Shown: positions 19,817 to 30,897, numbered from the stretch's first letter. The stretch: DNA of 64,000 bases from an uncultured Acidobacteriota bacterium (GCA_963836285.1 CAWIIN010000002.1:2016021-2080020); one strand, 5' to 3'. Program-made: numbers and translations. The notes: generated by a model from the sequence alone, not told the origin.

Positions 19817-21559
19817 ATGGGGGAACTGACGAAGCCGCTCGCGCTGGCCGATTTCGTCGCGGCGGCCCGGGGCGCCGTCCCGGCCGATCTCGTCCTGAAG
19901 AACGCCCGCGTCGTGAACGTCCTGACCGGGGAGATCCACGACGGGACGGTCGGCGTCAAAGGGGACCGGATCCTCGGCTTCGGCGACTACCGCACGGAAC
20001 GCCCGGAGGACACCGTGGACCTGGGCGGAGGCTACGTCGCCCCCGCGCTCTGGGACGCGCACCTTCACATCGAGTCCACGATGACGACGCCCGGCACGTT
20101 CGCCCGCCTCGCGGCCGCGCACGGGACGGCGGCGGCCGTGACGGACCCGCACGAGATCGCGAACGTCCGCGGAGTGGCCGGCATCCGCGACTTCCTCGCG
20201 GCGGCGGCGCCGCTCCCCGTCGATGTCTTCGTGATGCTTCCGTCGTGCGTCCCGTCGACGCACCTCGAGACGGCCGGCGCCACGCTGTCCGCCGAAGACC
20301 TCGCGCCGCTCTACGCGCTCCCGAACGTCCTCGGCCTTGCGGAGATGATGAACGTTCCGGGGTTTCTCTTCGGCGACCCGGGCGTCGTCGCGAAGGTCGA
20401 GGACGCGCGGAGGCGGCGCGTGCCGATGGACGGGCACTCGCCGCTCCTCTCCGGCCTCGACCTGAACGCGTACGTCGGCGCCGGCATCCGCTCGGACCAC
20501 GAGTGCCTCTCGCGGGCCGAGGCGCACGAGAAGGTACGTCTCGGGATGGACATCTGGATCCGCGAGGGCACGGCCGCGAAGAATCTCGACGATCTCCTGC
20601 CGCTCGTGACGGCCGCGAACTCCGAGCGCTTCGCGTTCGCGACGGACGACCGGCACCCTTGGGATCTCCTCCGACACGGCCACCTCGACCACCACGTGCG
20701 GCGCGCGATCGCACTCGGGCTCGACCCCGTTCTCGCGCTGCGTCTCGCGTCCTGGTCCTGCGCCCGGCACTACGGCTTTACGGATCGCGGGGCGCTGGCC
20801 CCGGGCTTCCGAGCCGACCTCCTCACGTTCGAGCGGCTCGACGACTTCCGACCGGATCTCGTGGTCCTCGGCGGCCGGCGTGTCGCAAAGGGCGGGAAGC
20901 TGCTCGTCGACGTCACGGCTGCGCGCATGGAGGAAGGTCCGGCGTTCCGGGTCGAAGGCTTCGACCGCACGCGGCTGAGGCTCACGGCCGGGGAGGGCAC
21001 CTCGCTGCGAGTCATCGAGGTCCGCGCGGGCTCGCTCGCCACGGGCGCCTCGACGGAGCGCGCGGCCCTCGCGGGCGGCACCGCCGTGCCGGACGTTTCT
21101 CGCGACCTCCTGAAGCTCGCGGTCGTCGAGAGGCACCGCGGGACTGGCAACGTCGGCGTCGCGTTCGCCCGCGGCTTCGGCCTGAAGAGGGGCGCGGTCG
21201 CCTCGTCGGTCGCGCACGACTCGCACAACGTCGTCGCGGTCGGGGCCGATGACGCGTCCATGGAGACGGCCGTCCGGCGCGTGGCCGAGATCGGTGGCGG
21301 GATCGTCGTCGCAGACGGCGCTCAGGCCCTCGCAGAGGTCGCGCTGCCGGTCGGCGGCCTCATGTCGAACGCCCCCATGGCGGACGTCGACTCCGCCGAG
21401 CGCCGCGCGAACGCGGCCGCCGCGACGCTCGGCGGCACGATGGACCACCCGTTCATGACGCTCGCGTTCCTCGCGCTGCCCGTGATCCCCGATCTCAAGC
21501 TGACGGACAAGGGCCTCGTGGACGTCACGAAGTTCGACTTCGTGGCCCCCGTGGTCTGA
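19817..21559 (+). CDS. ade: Adenine deaminase
   Basis: DAHLHIES, DPHEIANV, LAEMMN, DGHSP, SDHEC, TDDRHP, SVAHDSHN, LALPVIPDLKLTDKG. Confidence 0.96.
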   Translation: MGELTKPLALADFVAAARGAVPADLVLKNARVVNVLTGEIHDGTVGVKGDRILGFGDYRTERPEDTVDLGGGYVAPALWDAHLHIESTMTTPGTFARLAAAHGTAAAVTDPHEIANVRGVAGIRDFLAAAAPLPVDVFVMLPSCVPSTHLETAGATLSAEDLAPLYALPNVLGLAEMMNVPGFLFGDPGVVAKVEDARRRRVPMDGHSPLLSGLDLNAYVGAGIRSDHECLSRAEAHEKVRLGMDIWIREGTAAKNLDDLLPLVTAANSERFAFATDDRHPWDLLRHGHLDHHVRRAIALGLDPVLALRLASWSCARHYGFTDRGALAPGFRADLLTFERLDDFRPDLVVLGGRRVAKGGKLLVDVTAARMEEGPAFRVEGFDRTRLRLTAGEGTSLRVIEVRAGSLATGASTERAALAGGTAVPDVSRDLLKLAVVERHRGTGNVGVAFARGFGLKRGAVASSVAHDSHNVVAVGADDASMETAVRRVAEIGGGIVVADGAQALAEVALPVGGLMSNAPMADVDSAERRANAAAATLGGTMDHPFMTLAFLALPVIPDLKLTDKGLVDVTKFDFVAPVV

Positions 21560-21569
21560 GAGGACGCCC

Positions 21570-22541
21570 GTGATCGTCGACTGCGGCATCTACGACCAGG
21601 GAGTGAGGCGCCCGGGTATCCACACGTTCGCAGAGGCGTTCGAGGCCTCGAAGGTCCCGGGCACGTTCGTCTGGCTGGGCATCCACGAGCCGACCGAGGA
21701 GGAGTTCGCCTCCGTGAGGACCGCGTTCGAGCTCCACGAGCTCGCGGTCGAGGACGCGCTCAAGGCCCACCAGCGCCCCAAGCTCGAGGTCTACGACGAC
21801 ACCCTCTTCGTCGTGATCAAGACGGCGCGCTACGTCGACCGGGAGGAGGCGGTCACGCTCGGGGAGATCCTCCTCTTCGTCGGCGAGCACTTCGTGGTCG
21901 CCGTGCGCCACGGTGAGGCGAGCCCCCTCATCGAGACCCGCAGGAGCATCGAGAAGCGGCCCGAGCTGCTCGCGTGCGGACCGGGCGCCGTCCTCTGGGC
22001 GATCGCCGATCACGTCGTCGACGGCTACCTCCCCGTCCTGCACGGCCTCGAGCTCGACATCGACGAGGTCGAGGACGCGGTGTTCTCCACGAACGAGGAA
22101 AACCCGGCGGAACGGATCTACTTCCTCAAGCGCGAGCTCATGGGGTTCCTGCGGGGAGTACGTCCGCTCCTCGACCCGCTCGACCGACTTGCCCGCGGAA
22201 CGTTCACGCTCCTTCACGAAGACGTGCGCCCGTACTTCCGCGACGTCGACGACCACCTCGTTCGTGTCGTCGAGCAGCTCGAGGGCGACCGCGACCTGCT
22301 CACGAGCATTCTGCAGTCCAACCTGACGCAGCTCTCGATCCGGCAGAACGAAGACATGCGGAAGATCTCCGCGTGGGCCGCGATCTTCGCGGTCCCGACG
22401 ATGATCGCCGGCATCTACGGCATGAATTTCCAGCACATGCCGGAGCTGAAATCCCCCTGGGGATACCCCTTCGCGCTCGGGCTCATGGCCGCCGTGTGTA
22501 CCGGCCTCTGGAAGGCGTTCAAGAAGTCGGGCTGGCTGTAG
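21570..22541 (+). CDS. corA: Magnesium/cobalt transporter CorA
   Basis: HQRPKLE, YFRDVDDH, PTMIAGIYGMNF signature. Confidence 0.95.
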   Translation: MIVDCGIYDQGVRRPGIHTFAEAFEASKVPGTFVWLGIHEPTEEEFASVRTAFELHELAVEDALKAHQRPKLEVYDDTLFVVIKTARYVDREEAVTLGEILLFVGEHFVVAVRHGEASPLIETRRSIEKRPELLACGPGAVLWAIADHVVDGYLPVLHGLELDIDEVEDAVFSTNEENPAERIYFLKRELMGFLRGVRPLLDPLDRLARGTFTLLHEDVRPYFRDVDDHLVRVVEQLEGDRDLLTSILQSNLTQLSIRQNEDMRKISAWAAIFAVPTMIAGIYGMNFQHMPELKSPWGYPFALGLMAAVCTGLWKAFKKSGWL

Positions 22542-22544
22542 GAC

Positions 22545-22737
22545 GAAAAACGAGAGGAAGGGAAGAGGATAGAAAGAAAAAGAGGAAGATTCGGATTTCT
22601 TGGAAGGGTGAGTGAGCGTAGCGCCGCTGCGTGGGGCCGGCGCGAAACGGATCGCCCCGGCCCCTCTCAACCTTCTAAGAAAATCTTCTCTTCTCTTTCT
22701 CTTACCTTCTTCTTCCTGTTCTTCTTCTCTCGTTTTG
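22545..22737. repeat. Longest palindromic repeat copy, between convergent corA and Spy-like genes; may also act as a bidirectional terminator
   Basis: Outer arms AAAACGAGAG / CTCTCGTTTT, purine and pyrimidine tracts, inner arms GATTTCTTGGAAGGGTGAG / CTCAACCTTCTAAGAAAATC. Confidence 0.8.
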
Positions 22738-23220
22738 TCAGTTCGCCGGAGGCGGGCCGCCGAAGCCGCGTATCGCGGCGCGGCGCTGCTGGCGGTGGGC
22801 GGCGACCCAGCCGTCGAGTTTCGCCTTCTGCTCCGGCGTGAGAACCGCGTCGATCTCGGCGCGCACCGCCTTGACCTTCGCGGCAGCCACCCTGGCGTCC
22901 GCGCGCACCTTCAGGAACGCCGATCCCACGGTGGCGGGGTCGGGCGTCTCCGCGGAGGCGGCGGCCTTCAGGGCCGCGCGGTCGGCCTTCATCTGGGCAT
23001 GAAACGCCATCGCCTCGTCCTTGTGGGAGGCGAAGATGGCCTTGACCTGGTCCTGCTGGTCGGCCGAAAGGTCGAGGGTCGCCATCGCGGCGCGGATCCC
23101 GCGGGCGAATCGGCCCGCACCCGGCGCGGGCTGGGCGAGCGCGACGCCCGCCGCGAGCCCGCCGGCGAGAACGAGGGAGGAGATGCCGAAGATTTTCTTT
23201 TGAAAGGAGATAGCGGACAT
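22738..23220 (-). CDS. Spy/CpxP-family periplasmic chaperone
   Basis: Signal peptide, LDLSADQQDQVKAI and VLTPEQKAKL (LTxxQ motifs). Confidence 0.85.
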   Translation of the reverse strand: MSAISFQKKIFGISSLVLAGGLAAGVALAQPAPGAGRFARGIRAAMATLDLSADQQDQVKAIFASHKDEAMAFHAQMKADRAALKAAASAETPDPATVGSAFLKVRADARVAAAKVKAVRAEIDAVLTPEQKAKLDGWVAAHRQQRRAAIRGFGGPPPAN

Positions 23221-23335
23221 TTGTTCGATCCTCCGGGCGGTGTTTCTCGTCCGCCCGCGGGATCAGACGCCGAATGTCGGGCCGGCGTTTACAGATGAGG
23301 GCGTTCCCCTCTTACTTTCAAGGAAAATCCTCTTC
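23188..23335. repeat. Degenerate palindromic repeat copy straddling the Spy-like start codon
   Basis: GAAGATTTTCTTTTGAAAGG (23188) and CCTCTTACTTTCAAGGAAAATCCTC (~23308) are mutually inverted and match the family arms. Confidence 0.55.
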
Positions 23336-23369
23336 GAACCTCGCGTTCCGCCGCGGCCTGCCTCGAGAT

Positions 23370-24101
23370 TCAGAACCTCTCCCCGGCGAGGACGATCGCG
23401 CCCGTGGGGGACGGGACGCCGCCCTTCGGCTCCACCGAGACGGCGAACTTCACGGGCGCCTCGCCGAGCGACTCCTGTCTCGAGATCGGGATCACGGTCG
23501 CCGCGTCGCTCTTCGCGTCGAACGTCCCGGCGGGAACGGGCTGGTCGCCGACGAAGGCCCAGAGTTCGTAGCTCTTCTCGAGCGGGAGCGGAGGCAGGCC
23601 TGAGACCCACAGGATTCCCTGTTTCGTCCCGGGGTTCCAGAGGAGTTTCGCGCGCGCGGCCGCGTTGCCCTCGAGGCCCTTCAGGAGAGCGACCTGAACG
23701 CGCGGGTCCTTGAGCCAGGCGACCTCCTGCGACGCGAGCGCCGCCTGCCGATCGCGCTCCTGGACGGTTGCCTCGAGGCGCGCGACGCTTTCGCGCGCCG
23801 CGGCGAGGTCGGCCCGTGTCGCGTACCACAGGGCGCCGAACGCGGCCGCGAGCATGAACGACGCGGCGACGCCGAGGGCCCAGAACATCGTCGCGAGCCC
23901 GCGATCCGGCCCCGCCGCGGCAATCGCGCGCGCGGCGGCCTCGGCGCCGGGCCCGCGGATCTCCCACAGGACGCGGTCCCTCACGGCGACCGGCGGCTCG
24001 ATCCGCGCGCCGGTCTCGAGCGCGTCGAGCTCGGCCTCGAGAGACTCCGCCCAGAAAGCGGCTTCGTCTGCGGCCCGGGGGGTCGGGCGCTCGTCAGCCA
24101 C
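23370..24101 (-). CDS. Anti-sigma factor, RskA (anti-sigma-K) family
   Basis: EPPVAVRDRVL, a TM helix, LPPLPLEKSYELW, FAVSVEPKGGVPSPTG. Confidence 0.9.
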   Translation of the reverse strand: MADERPTPRAADEAAFWAESLEAELDALETGARIEPPVAVRDRVLWEIRGPGAEAAARAIAAAGPDRGLATMFWALGVAASFMLAAAFGALWYATRADLAAARESVARLEATVQERDRQAALASQEVAWLKDPRVQVALLKGLEGNAAARAKLLWNPGTKQGILWVSGLPPLPLEKSYELWAFVGDQPVPAGTFDAKSDAATVIPISRQESLGEAPVKFAVSVEPKGGVPSPTGAIVLAGERF

Positions 24102-24657
24102 GTCCGGCCTCCTTCTGCGCGGCCGCCGTGATCGTCCGCAGCTTCGAGAGCCCCGAGCGGGTGCGGCTCTTGACGGTCCCGAGGGGCTCGTTCAGGCGAA
24201 GGGAGATCTCCTCCTGGGTCAGCCCCTCGAAGTAGGCGAGGCGCAGCACGGCCTGCTCGTTCTCCCCGAGCCGGGCGAGGGCCCGCTCGACGAAGTCCTT
24301 CACGTCGGCGGTCGCGGCGGCATCCGAGGAGCCGGCGACCTGCTCGAGTACGGGGGTGTCCGCGGCCGTGATTCTCTTTTCGATCGAATGACGGCTCCGC
24401 CAGCGGTCGAGCGCGCGGCTGCGCGCGATCGTGAACAGCCAGCCGCGAACGGACGCGCGAGCCGCGTCGAATCGGCGCGCGTCGCGCCAGGCCTGGACGA
24501 AGGTCTCCTGGAGCACGTCTTCCGCATCCCTCGCGTCCTTCAGGATACGGACGCAGAAGCCGAAAAGGACCGCTGCGTGCTCGTCGTAGAACGCGCCGAA
24601 GGCCTCGCGGTCGCCCGCGACGATGCGCGCGAGGAGATCCGTCCCGGATTCGTCCAC
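24094..24657 (-). CDS. ECF RNA polymerase sigma factor (SigK-like)
   Basis: AEDVLQETF, WLFTIARSRALD, LAYFEGLTQEEI, PLGTVKSR; overlaps the anti-sigma gene. Confidence 0.93.
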   Translation of the reverse strand: MDESGTDLLARIVAGDREAFGAFYDEHAAVLFGFCVRILKDARDAEDVLQETFVQAWRDARRFDAARASVRGWLFTIARSRALDRWRSRHSIEKRITAADTPVLEQVAGSSDAAATADVKDFVERALARLGENEQAVLRLAYFEGLTQEEISLRLNEPLGTVKSRTRSGLSKLRTITAAAQKEAGRG

Positions 24658-24782
24658 GTTCCGGGCCGAGCCTGACGGCGTGCCCCGGGCCTGTCAAGCG
24701 GGAGCCCCGCCCGACATGATTTGACGCCGTCGGGCCGTGCCGCTAGCTTGCGGGAGACGCGCCTCGCGCGCCCGGAGCACGC

Positions 24783-27096
24783 ATGACACGAAAGAAGGTA
24801 GCCGCCTCGGGCGGCCAGCCGCCCCTGCCGTTCGACGCAGAGATTCCCCTGCCGGAGGAAGCCCGGCGGCGATACCTGAACTACGCGCTCTCCGTCATCA
24901 CGTCGCGCGCGCTGCCGGACGTCCGCGACGGCCTCAAGCCCGTCCAGCGCCGGATCCTCTTCGCGATGTTCCAGAACCTCCACCTGACGCCCGACGCGAA
25001 GTTCAAGAAGTCCGCGACGGTCGTCGGCGACGTCATCGGCAAGTACCATCCGCATGGCGACGTCGCGATCTACGACGCGATGGTCCGCATGGCGCAGCCG
25101 TTCTCGCTGCGCGCCCCTCTCGTGGACGGGCACGGCAACTTCGGCTCCCTCGACGGCGACGCGGCGGCCGCGTACCGGTACACGGAAGCGCGCCTCAAGC
25201 CGCTCGCGATCGAGCTGCTTTCCGAGATCCGCAAGAAGACCGTCGACTGGCGGCCGAACTTCGACGGCGTCCACTTCGAGCCGGTCGTCCTGCCGGCGCG
25301 CTTCCCGAACCTCCTCGTGAACGGCGCGACGGGAATCGCGGTCGGCATGGCGACGTCCATCCCGCCGCACAATCCCGTCGAGGTCCTCGACGCGGCCATC
25401 GCGGCGGTGGACGACGCCGACGCGGACCCGCTGAGGCACATCAAGGGCCCGGACTTCCCGACCGGCGGCCTCCTCCTCGGGGGCAAACGCGAGCTGCGCG
25501 CCCTTTACGAGAGCGGCCAGGGCACGCTCAAGCTGCGCGCCGAGTGGGAGGTCGAGGAGGGGCCGCGCGGCGCCCAGACGATCGTCGTCACGTCCATCCC
25601 GTACGCGCAGGAGAAGGCGTCCCTCGTCGCGAAGATCGCGGACGTCATCGTCGAGCGGCGCCTCCCGGTCCTCGTCGACGTCAGGGACGAGTCGACGGAC
25701 GACGTCAGGATCGTCCTCGAGATCAAGCGCGAGACGGATCCTGCGCTCGTCATGACGTATCTCTTCAAGCACACGCCGCTCGAGACGACCGTCCCCGTGA
25801 ACCTCACGTGCCTCGTCCCGACCGCGAAGACGGACGTCTGCGAGCCCGCCCGGCTCCCGCTCAAGGCGATGCTCCGGTATTTCCTCGACTTCCGGCTCGA
25901 GACCGTCAGGCGGCGGTTCACGTTCGACCTCGAGGAGCTGCGGCGCCGCATCCACGTCCTCGAAGGGTTCGTCGTGATCTACGACGCGCTCGACGAGGCG
26001 ATCCGGATCATCCGCAAGTCCGACGGCAAGGCGGACGCGGCCGGAAAGCTCATGAAGCGCTTTGGCCTCGACGAGGAGCAGGTCGAGGCGATCCTCGAGA
26101 CGAAGCTCTACAAGCTCGCGCGGCTCGAGATCGACGCCATCCGCGCCGAGCTCAAGGAGAAGCTCGCCGAGGCCGCGATCATCGAGGCGATCCTGAAGTC
26201 GACGAAGAAGCTGTGGAACGAGGTCCGGGGAGAGCTCGTCGAGGTCCGCGAGACCCTCGCCGGGGAAAAGCGCCGCACGAAGGTGCTCTCGAGCGTCGAC
26301 GAGCCCACGTACGACGCCGAGGCGTTCATCCAGCACGAGGACACGTTCGCCGTCGTGACCGTGGACGGGTGGCTCAAGCGCCTCGCGCCAGCTGAAGGAC
26401 CCGAAAACCACGCGCATGCGCGAGGGCGACGAGGTGCTCGCCGTGCTCCAGGGCTCGACGAAGGAGCCCGGCGTCCTGTTCTCGAACCACGGTGCGGCGT
26501 ACGTCCTGCGCCTGAACGACGTGCCTCCTTCGACAGGCTACGGCGAGCCCGTCCAGAAGCTCTTCAGGTTCGGGGACGGCGAACGCGTCGTCGCGGCGCT
26601 GTCCCTCGACCCGCGCGTCGCGCGGCCGAAGAATCTCACGCTCCTCGCCGTGACGCGGCGCGGTCTCGTCTTCCGCTTTTCCGCGGATCCGTTCCGCGAG
26701 CCGACGACCCGCGCGGGCCGGCGATTCGCGCGGCCCGCGAAGGGCGACGAGGTCGCGCACGTCTTCGTCTGCGAGGTGAAGGACCTCGTCGCGCTCGCGT
26801 CCGAGAGGGGGCGCGCGATCCTGTTCGCGGCGTCCGAGGTCCCGGTCCTCTCGGGACCGGGGAAGGGCGTCCTCGGCTTCAAGCTCGCCCCGGACGACCG
26901 GCTCGTCGGCGCCGCCGTCTTCGGCGAAGACGAGAAGAGGGCGACGCTGACGCTCGTGAACGGCAAGGGCACCGAGCACACCATCACGAAGCGCTACACG
27001 CCCGTCTCACGAGGAGGGAAGGGCTTCGAGCTCATCAAGCGCGACCGCCTCGTGAAGATGCTCCCGCAGGACATCGAGCTGATTCCGTTCGGATGA
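24783..27096 (+). CDS. parC: Type IIA topoisomerase subunit A (ParC/GyrA family), one frameshift near 26385
   Basis: [27 protein letters not shown] active site, [15 protein letters not shown]. Removing one base in CTC-G-CGC-CAG-CTG joins it to ORF 26416..27096 (beta-pinwheel CTD). ParC versus GyrA is inferred from the short CTD. Confidence 0.85.
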
Positions 27097-28052
27097 GACA
27101 ACGTCGCAGAGAGATAAGATCGAAGAGGAGGATTTCTATGAAAGTGAATAGGACAGGGGGAGCGGCCCTCGATTCGAGGCGTCTGCTCGCCGCGTGCGGG
27201 GTCGGCGCCCTCTTCACCTTCACAGGCTCTTTTTCTTCCGCCGCTCCCGTCGAGCTGCCGCGGCCGAGCCCGGCGGCGTCGGTCTTCGAGAAGATCGGGA
27301 CGGCGAAGGTGACCGTCACGTACTCGCGTCCGGGTGTGAAGGGCCGCGAGATCTGGGGCGGCCTCGTTCCCTACGGGCAGGTCTGGCGGCTCGGCGCGAA
27401 CGACGCGACGACGCTCGAGATCTCGGAGGCCGCGAAGATCGCGGGGCACGAACTCCCGGCCGGCGCGTACGCGCTCTTCGCGATCCCCGCGAAGGACAAG
27501 TGGTCGATCGTCGTCAATTCCCAGTCGAAGCAGTGGGGGGCCTACTTCCGGGACCCGAAGAAGGACGTCCTCACGTTCGACGTGACGCCCTCCGCCGGGC
27601 CGCACCAGGAGTGGCTCGAGTTCCGGATGCACCCGGAGTCCGCGCGCGCCGTGAAGGTCGAGATGGCGTGGGAAAAGCTCCGGGTCTCGTTCGACGTCGA
27701 CGTCGACGTGAACGGGATCGTCTGGAAGAACCTCGACGCGGCGCGCGCGGCGGCCGGAGAGAAGGACTACGTCGACTTCTACCAGTCCGCGCGCTTCGCC
27801 CGCGAGACGGGCGAGCACAGGGCCGAGGCGATGGGCTGGCTCGACGAAGGGATGAAGCGCGGGAAGAGCTTCTGGATGGACGAGCTGAAGGGCGACCTCC
27901 TCGCCGACGACGGAAGGTACGCCGAGGCGGCGCCGCACCTCGAGCGCGCGATCGAGGCCTCGAAAAAGGCGGGGGCGCCGGAGGAGTGGCGCGACGGCGC
28001 CAGGAAGAAGCTCGCGGAGTGGGCCGCGAAGGACAAGGCGAAGAAGGGCTGA
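27093..28052 (+). CDS. DUF2911-family protein with C-terminal helical (TPR-like) region
   Basis: PRPSP...[32 protein letters not shown]...[12 protein letters not shown] 27093 overlaps the topoisomerase stop (alternative ATG at 27138). Confidence 0.85.
   Translation: MRQRRREIRSKRRISMKVNRTGGAALDSRRLLAACGVGALFTFTGSFSSAAPVELPRPSPAASVFEKIGTAKVTVTYSRPGVKGREIWGGLVPYGQVWRLGANDATTLEISEAAKIAGHELPAGAYALFAIPAKDKWSIVVNSQSKQWGAYFRDPKKDVLTFDVTPSAGPHQEWLEFRMHPESARAVKVEMAWEKLRVSFDVDVDVNGIVWKNLDAARAAAGEKDYVDFYQSARFARETGEHRAEAMGWLDEGMKRGKSFWMDELKGDLLADDGRYAEAAPHLERAIEASKKAGAPEEWRDGARKKLAEWAAKDKAKKG
27108..27240. repeat. Palindromic repeat copy at the DUF2911 gene 5' end
   Basis: GAGGATTTCTATGAAAGTGAATAGG ... 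CCCTCTTCACCTTCACAGGCTCTTTTTCTTCC. Confidence 0.55.
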
Positions 28053-28900
28053 TGGACGTCGTTCTCGCCGAGAAGTATGGGTTCTGCGCGGGCGTGCGCG
28101 TCGCGGACAAGCTCGTCCGGCTCGCGGCGCAGCGCGGCGAGAAGGGTGCGATCCTCGGCCAGGTCGTCCACAACGAGAGCGTCGAGTCCGAGATGGCCGG
28201 CCTCGGATTCCCGACGGTGAACGCGCTCGAGGACGCGCGCACGCACGACGCGCGGATCGTCTTCTCGGCGCACGGCGTCGCGCCGTCCGTGCGCGCGAGG
28301 GCCGCGTCGCTCGGCCTTTCGGCGATCGACACGACGTGCAAGTTCGTGACGGACATCCACAAGGAGATCGCCCGCTCGCTCGCGGAGGGCGCGTTCCTCG
28401 CGATCCTCGGCCAGGCGGACCACCGCGAGGTCGTCGGCTACACGAAGGACCTCGACCCGGGGTCGTACGCCGTCTTCTACCGGCTCGAGGACGTGCAGGC
28501 GTTCGACTGGTCGCGGGTGAGAGTCGTCAAGGTCATCTTCCAGACGACGATCAACGCCGAGACGTTCGCCGAGCACGTCGCGGAGATCCGCCGGCGCGTG
28601 CCGGACACGCGGATCGCGAACACGATCTGCTACGCGACCAAGGAGAACCAGGACGCGCTGCGCGTCCTCTGCGACGACCCGACGATCGACGCGATCGTCG
28701 TGATCGGCGGGAAGAGCAGCAAGAACACGAAGGAGCTCGCGCACATCGCGGCGGCAAAGAAGCCGACGCTCCTCATCGGCACGGCGGACGAGCTCGACCC
28801 GGCGAAGATCGCCGGCGCCCGGAGGGTCGGCGTTTCCGCCGGTGCCTCCACGCCCGACTACGACGTCGACGCGGTCGTCGCGAAGCTCCGGTCCCTCTGA
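28052..28900 (+). CDS. ispH: 4-hydroxy-3-methylbut-2-enyl diphosphate reductase
   Basis: GFCAGV, VVHN, SAHGV, DTTCKFV, HREV, QTT, TICYATKENQ, SSKNT, AGASTP. Confidence 0.95.
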   Translation: MDVVLAEKYGFCAGVRVADKLVRLAAQRGEKGAILGQVVHNESVESEMAGLGFPTVNALEDARTHDARIVFSAHGVAPSVRARAASLGLSAIDTTCKFVTDIHKEIARSLAEGAFLAILGQADHREVVGYTKDLDPGSYAVFYRLEDVQAFDWSRVRVVKVIFQTTINAETFAEHVAEIRRRVPDTRIANTICYATKENQDALRVLCDDPTIDAIVVIGGKSSKNTKELAHIAAAKKPTLLIGTADELDPAKIAGARRVGVSAGASTPDYDVDAVVAKLRSL

Positions 28901-28995
28901 ACCCCGCGGAGCCGAGGAGCGACGGGCGCGCCAACCTGATGCAGCTGCACTAGATACGGGTCCTTTCGTCGAGGCCGGGCGGATAATCCTTCGCG

Positions 28996-30363
28996 ATGGA
29001 CGCCGAGGTTGCACACATTCCCGGTTGGTCGAATCTCGAGGCGGTTTTCGAGTCGCTCGGCCGGGTGATCATTTCGCTCGACGACGAATTCCACGTCCTG
29101 CGCGCGAGCCATACGCTCGACGCCCTCGCGGGGGCGGGCGCGTCCGCGGCCGTGATCGGCAAGCCGATCGAGACCCTGATCGGCGCGCGCCTGTTCGGCC
29201 CGGAGGACTCGTTGCGCGAGGCGCTCCGGGACGGCCGCCGCGAGGAGGGACGCCGGGGCGTCCTGCGTTGCGGCGAGGACGCCGCGCGGCTCGTCTCCGT
29301 CACGACCGCGCCGGTTGCCGCGAACGTCATGAGCATGTGCGACCCGCGGGCGCGGTACCTCGTCGTGGTCCGGCCCGCCGAGGACGACGACTCGATGCTC
29401 CAGAGCGCGATCGCGACGCACGGCCTCGTCGCCCGGTCGCGCCCGATGATGCGGATCGTCCATCTCGTCGAATCGCTCCACCGGAGCGACGCGACGGTCC
29501 TGATCACCGGCGAGAGCGGGACGGGGAAGGAGGTCATCGCGCGGGCTCTTCACGCGCAGTCGACGCACGGCGGAGGGCCGTTCGTTCCCGTGAACTGCGC
29601 GGCCCTCCCGGCCGACCTCCTCGAGAGCGAGCTCTTCGGACACGTGCGCGGGGCGTTCACGGGCGCCGTGAAGGACCGCGTCGGCCGTCTCGAGATGGCC
29701 GCCGGGGGCACGCTCTTCCTCGACGAGGCCGCGGAGATCCCCCCGAACATCCAGGTCAAGCTTCTCCGGGTCCTGCAGGAACGCGTGTTCGAGAGGGTCG
29801 GGGAAAGCACGTCCCGGCGTCTCGCCGCCCGGATCATCGCGGCGACGAACGCGGACGTGCCGGCGGCGATCCTCAGCGGGAAGCTCCGGGAGGATTTCTA
29901 CTACCGGCTCCGCGTCGTGCCGATTCACATTCCGCCGCTGCGCGAGCGGCCGACGGACATCGAGCTCATCGCCCGGCACCTGCTCGCGCACATCGGAGGG
30001 CGCGAGGGTCGCTCGCTGCGCCTCTCCCCGGACACGCTCGCTCTCCTCGAGGCCCATGCGTGGCCGGGGAACGTCCGCGAGCTCGAGAACGCCCTCGAAT
30101 ACGCGGTCGCGGTCTGCCGCGGCCAGACGATTCACGTCGAGGACCTCCCTCAGGAGCTGCTCTCTCCGCGGCGCGAGGCCGCCGAGACTCCAGCGCCCGG
30201 GACGCGCGTGGAGGAAACGGCGGGGACGGACGGGGAGGCGCACAGGATCCGCCTCGCGCTGGAGCGAAACATGTGGAACCGCTCGAAGGCTTCTGCCGAG
30301 CTCGGGATGAGCCGGACGAAGCTCTGGCGCCGGATGCGCGAGCTTCGCATCGGGTTTGCCTGA
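28996..30363 (+). CDS. Sigma-54-dependent enhancer-binding activator (PAS-like, AAA+, Fis HTH)
   Basis: GESGTGKE, ESELFGHVRGAFTGA, LFLDE, WPGNVRELEN, C-terminal HTH. Confidence 0.95.
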   Translation: MDAEVAHIPGWSNLEAVFESLGRVIISLDDEFHVLRASHTLDALAGAGASAAVIGKPIETLIGARLFGPEDSLREALRDGRREEGRRGVLRCGEDAARLVSVTTAPVAANVMSMCDPRARYLVVVRPAEDDDSMLQSAIATHGLVARSRPMMRIVHLVESLHRSDATVLITGESGTGKEVIARALHAQSTHGGGPFVPVNCAALPADLLESELFGHVRGAFTGAVKDRVGRLEMAAGGTLFLDEAAEIPPNIQVKLLRVLQERVFERVGESTSRRLAARIIAATNADVPAAILSGKLREDFYYRLRVVPIHIPPLRERPTDIELIARHLLAHIGGREGRSLRLSPDTLALLEAHAWPGNVRELENALEYAVAVCRGQTIHVEDLPQELLSPRREAAETPAPGTRVEETAGTDGEAHRIRLALERNMWNRSKASAELGMSRTKLWRRMRELRIGFA

Positions 30364-30450
30364 CCCGAATTCAGGCTCACCGAGCCGAGGTCGAGAGCGG
30401 TGATGTCGGGGCTCCCGATTGGCGCCGGGACGTCGAAAGGAAGAAGCGAG

Positions 30451-30897
30451 ATGAGTCACAAGGAGAAGATCGGGATCGTCATCTGCGGCCGTTACGGAAC
30501 CTGTGGGGGCGGGAAGTGCTTCCGCGCCCTCCGCGAGCGCGAGGGGGCGTTTGCCGCCTATGCCGGGCGGGACGTGGAGCTCGTCGGCTTCACGACCTGC
30601 GGCGGCTGCCCGGGCGGCAACGTCGAATACGCCCCCGAGGAGATGAAGCGGAACGGCGCCGAGGTGATCCACCTCGCGACGGGCTTCGTCGTCGGCTATC
30701 CGCCTTGCCCGTACCTCGACCACTTCGTCCGGATGATCCCGGAGAAGTTCGGCCTCAAGGTCGTCGTGGGGACCCACCCGATCCCGCAGAAGTACTACAC
30801 GATCCACCAGAGTCTGGGAACGTGGGAAGACCCGCGCTGGCCGGAACTCCTGAAGCCGACGGTCGGCGAGGAGTCCGTCCGGCTCGCGTACGACTAG
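30451..30897 (+). CDS. CGGC-domain protein (putative metal/Fe-S binding)
   Basis: IVICG..CGGGKC, GFTTCGGCPG, HLATG, YPPCP, VVGTH. Confidence 0.88.
   Translation: MSHKEKIGIVICGRYGTCGGGKCFRALREREGAFAAYAGRDVELVGFTTCGGCPGGNVEYAPEEMKRNGAEVIHLATGFVVGYPPCPYLDHFVRMIPEKFGLKVVVGTHPIPQKYYTIHQSLGTWEDPRWPELLKPTVGEESVRLAYD

Noticed and set aside
24783-28052. 1089-aa topoisomerase-DUF2911 fusion in the ORF track
   Set aside because: Artefact of the frameshift at ~26385; the middle part is Arg/Gly-rich off-frame sequence and the real CTD is in ORF 26416..27096.
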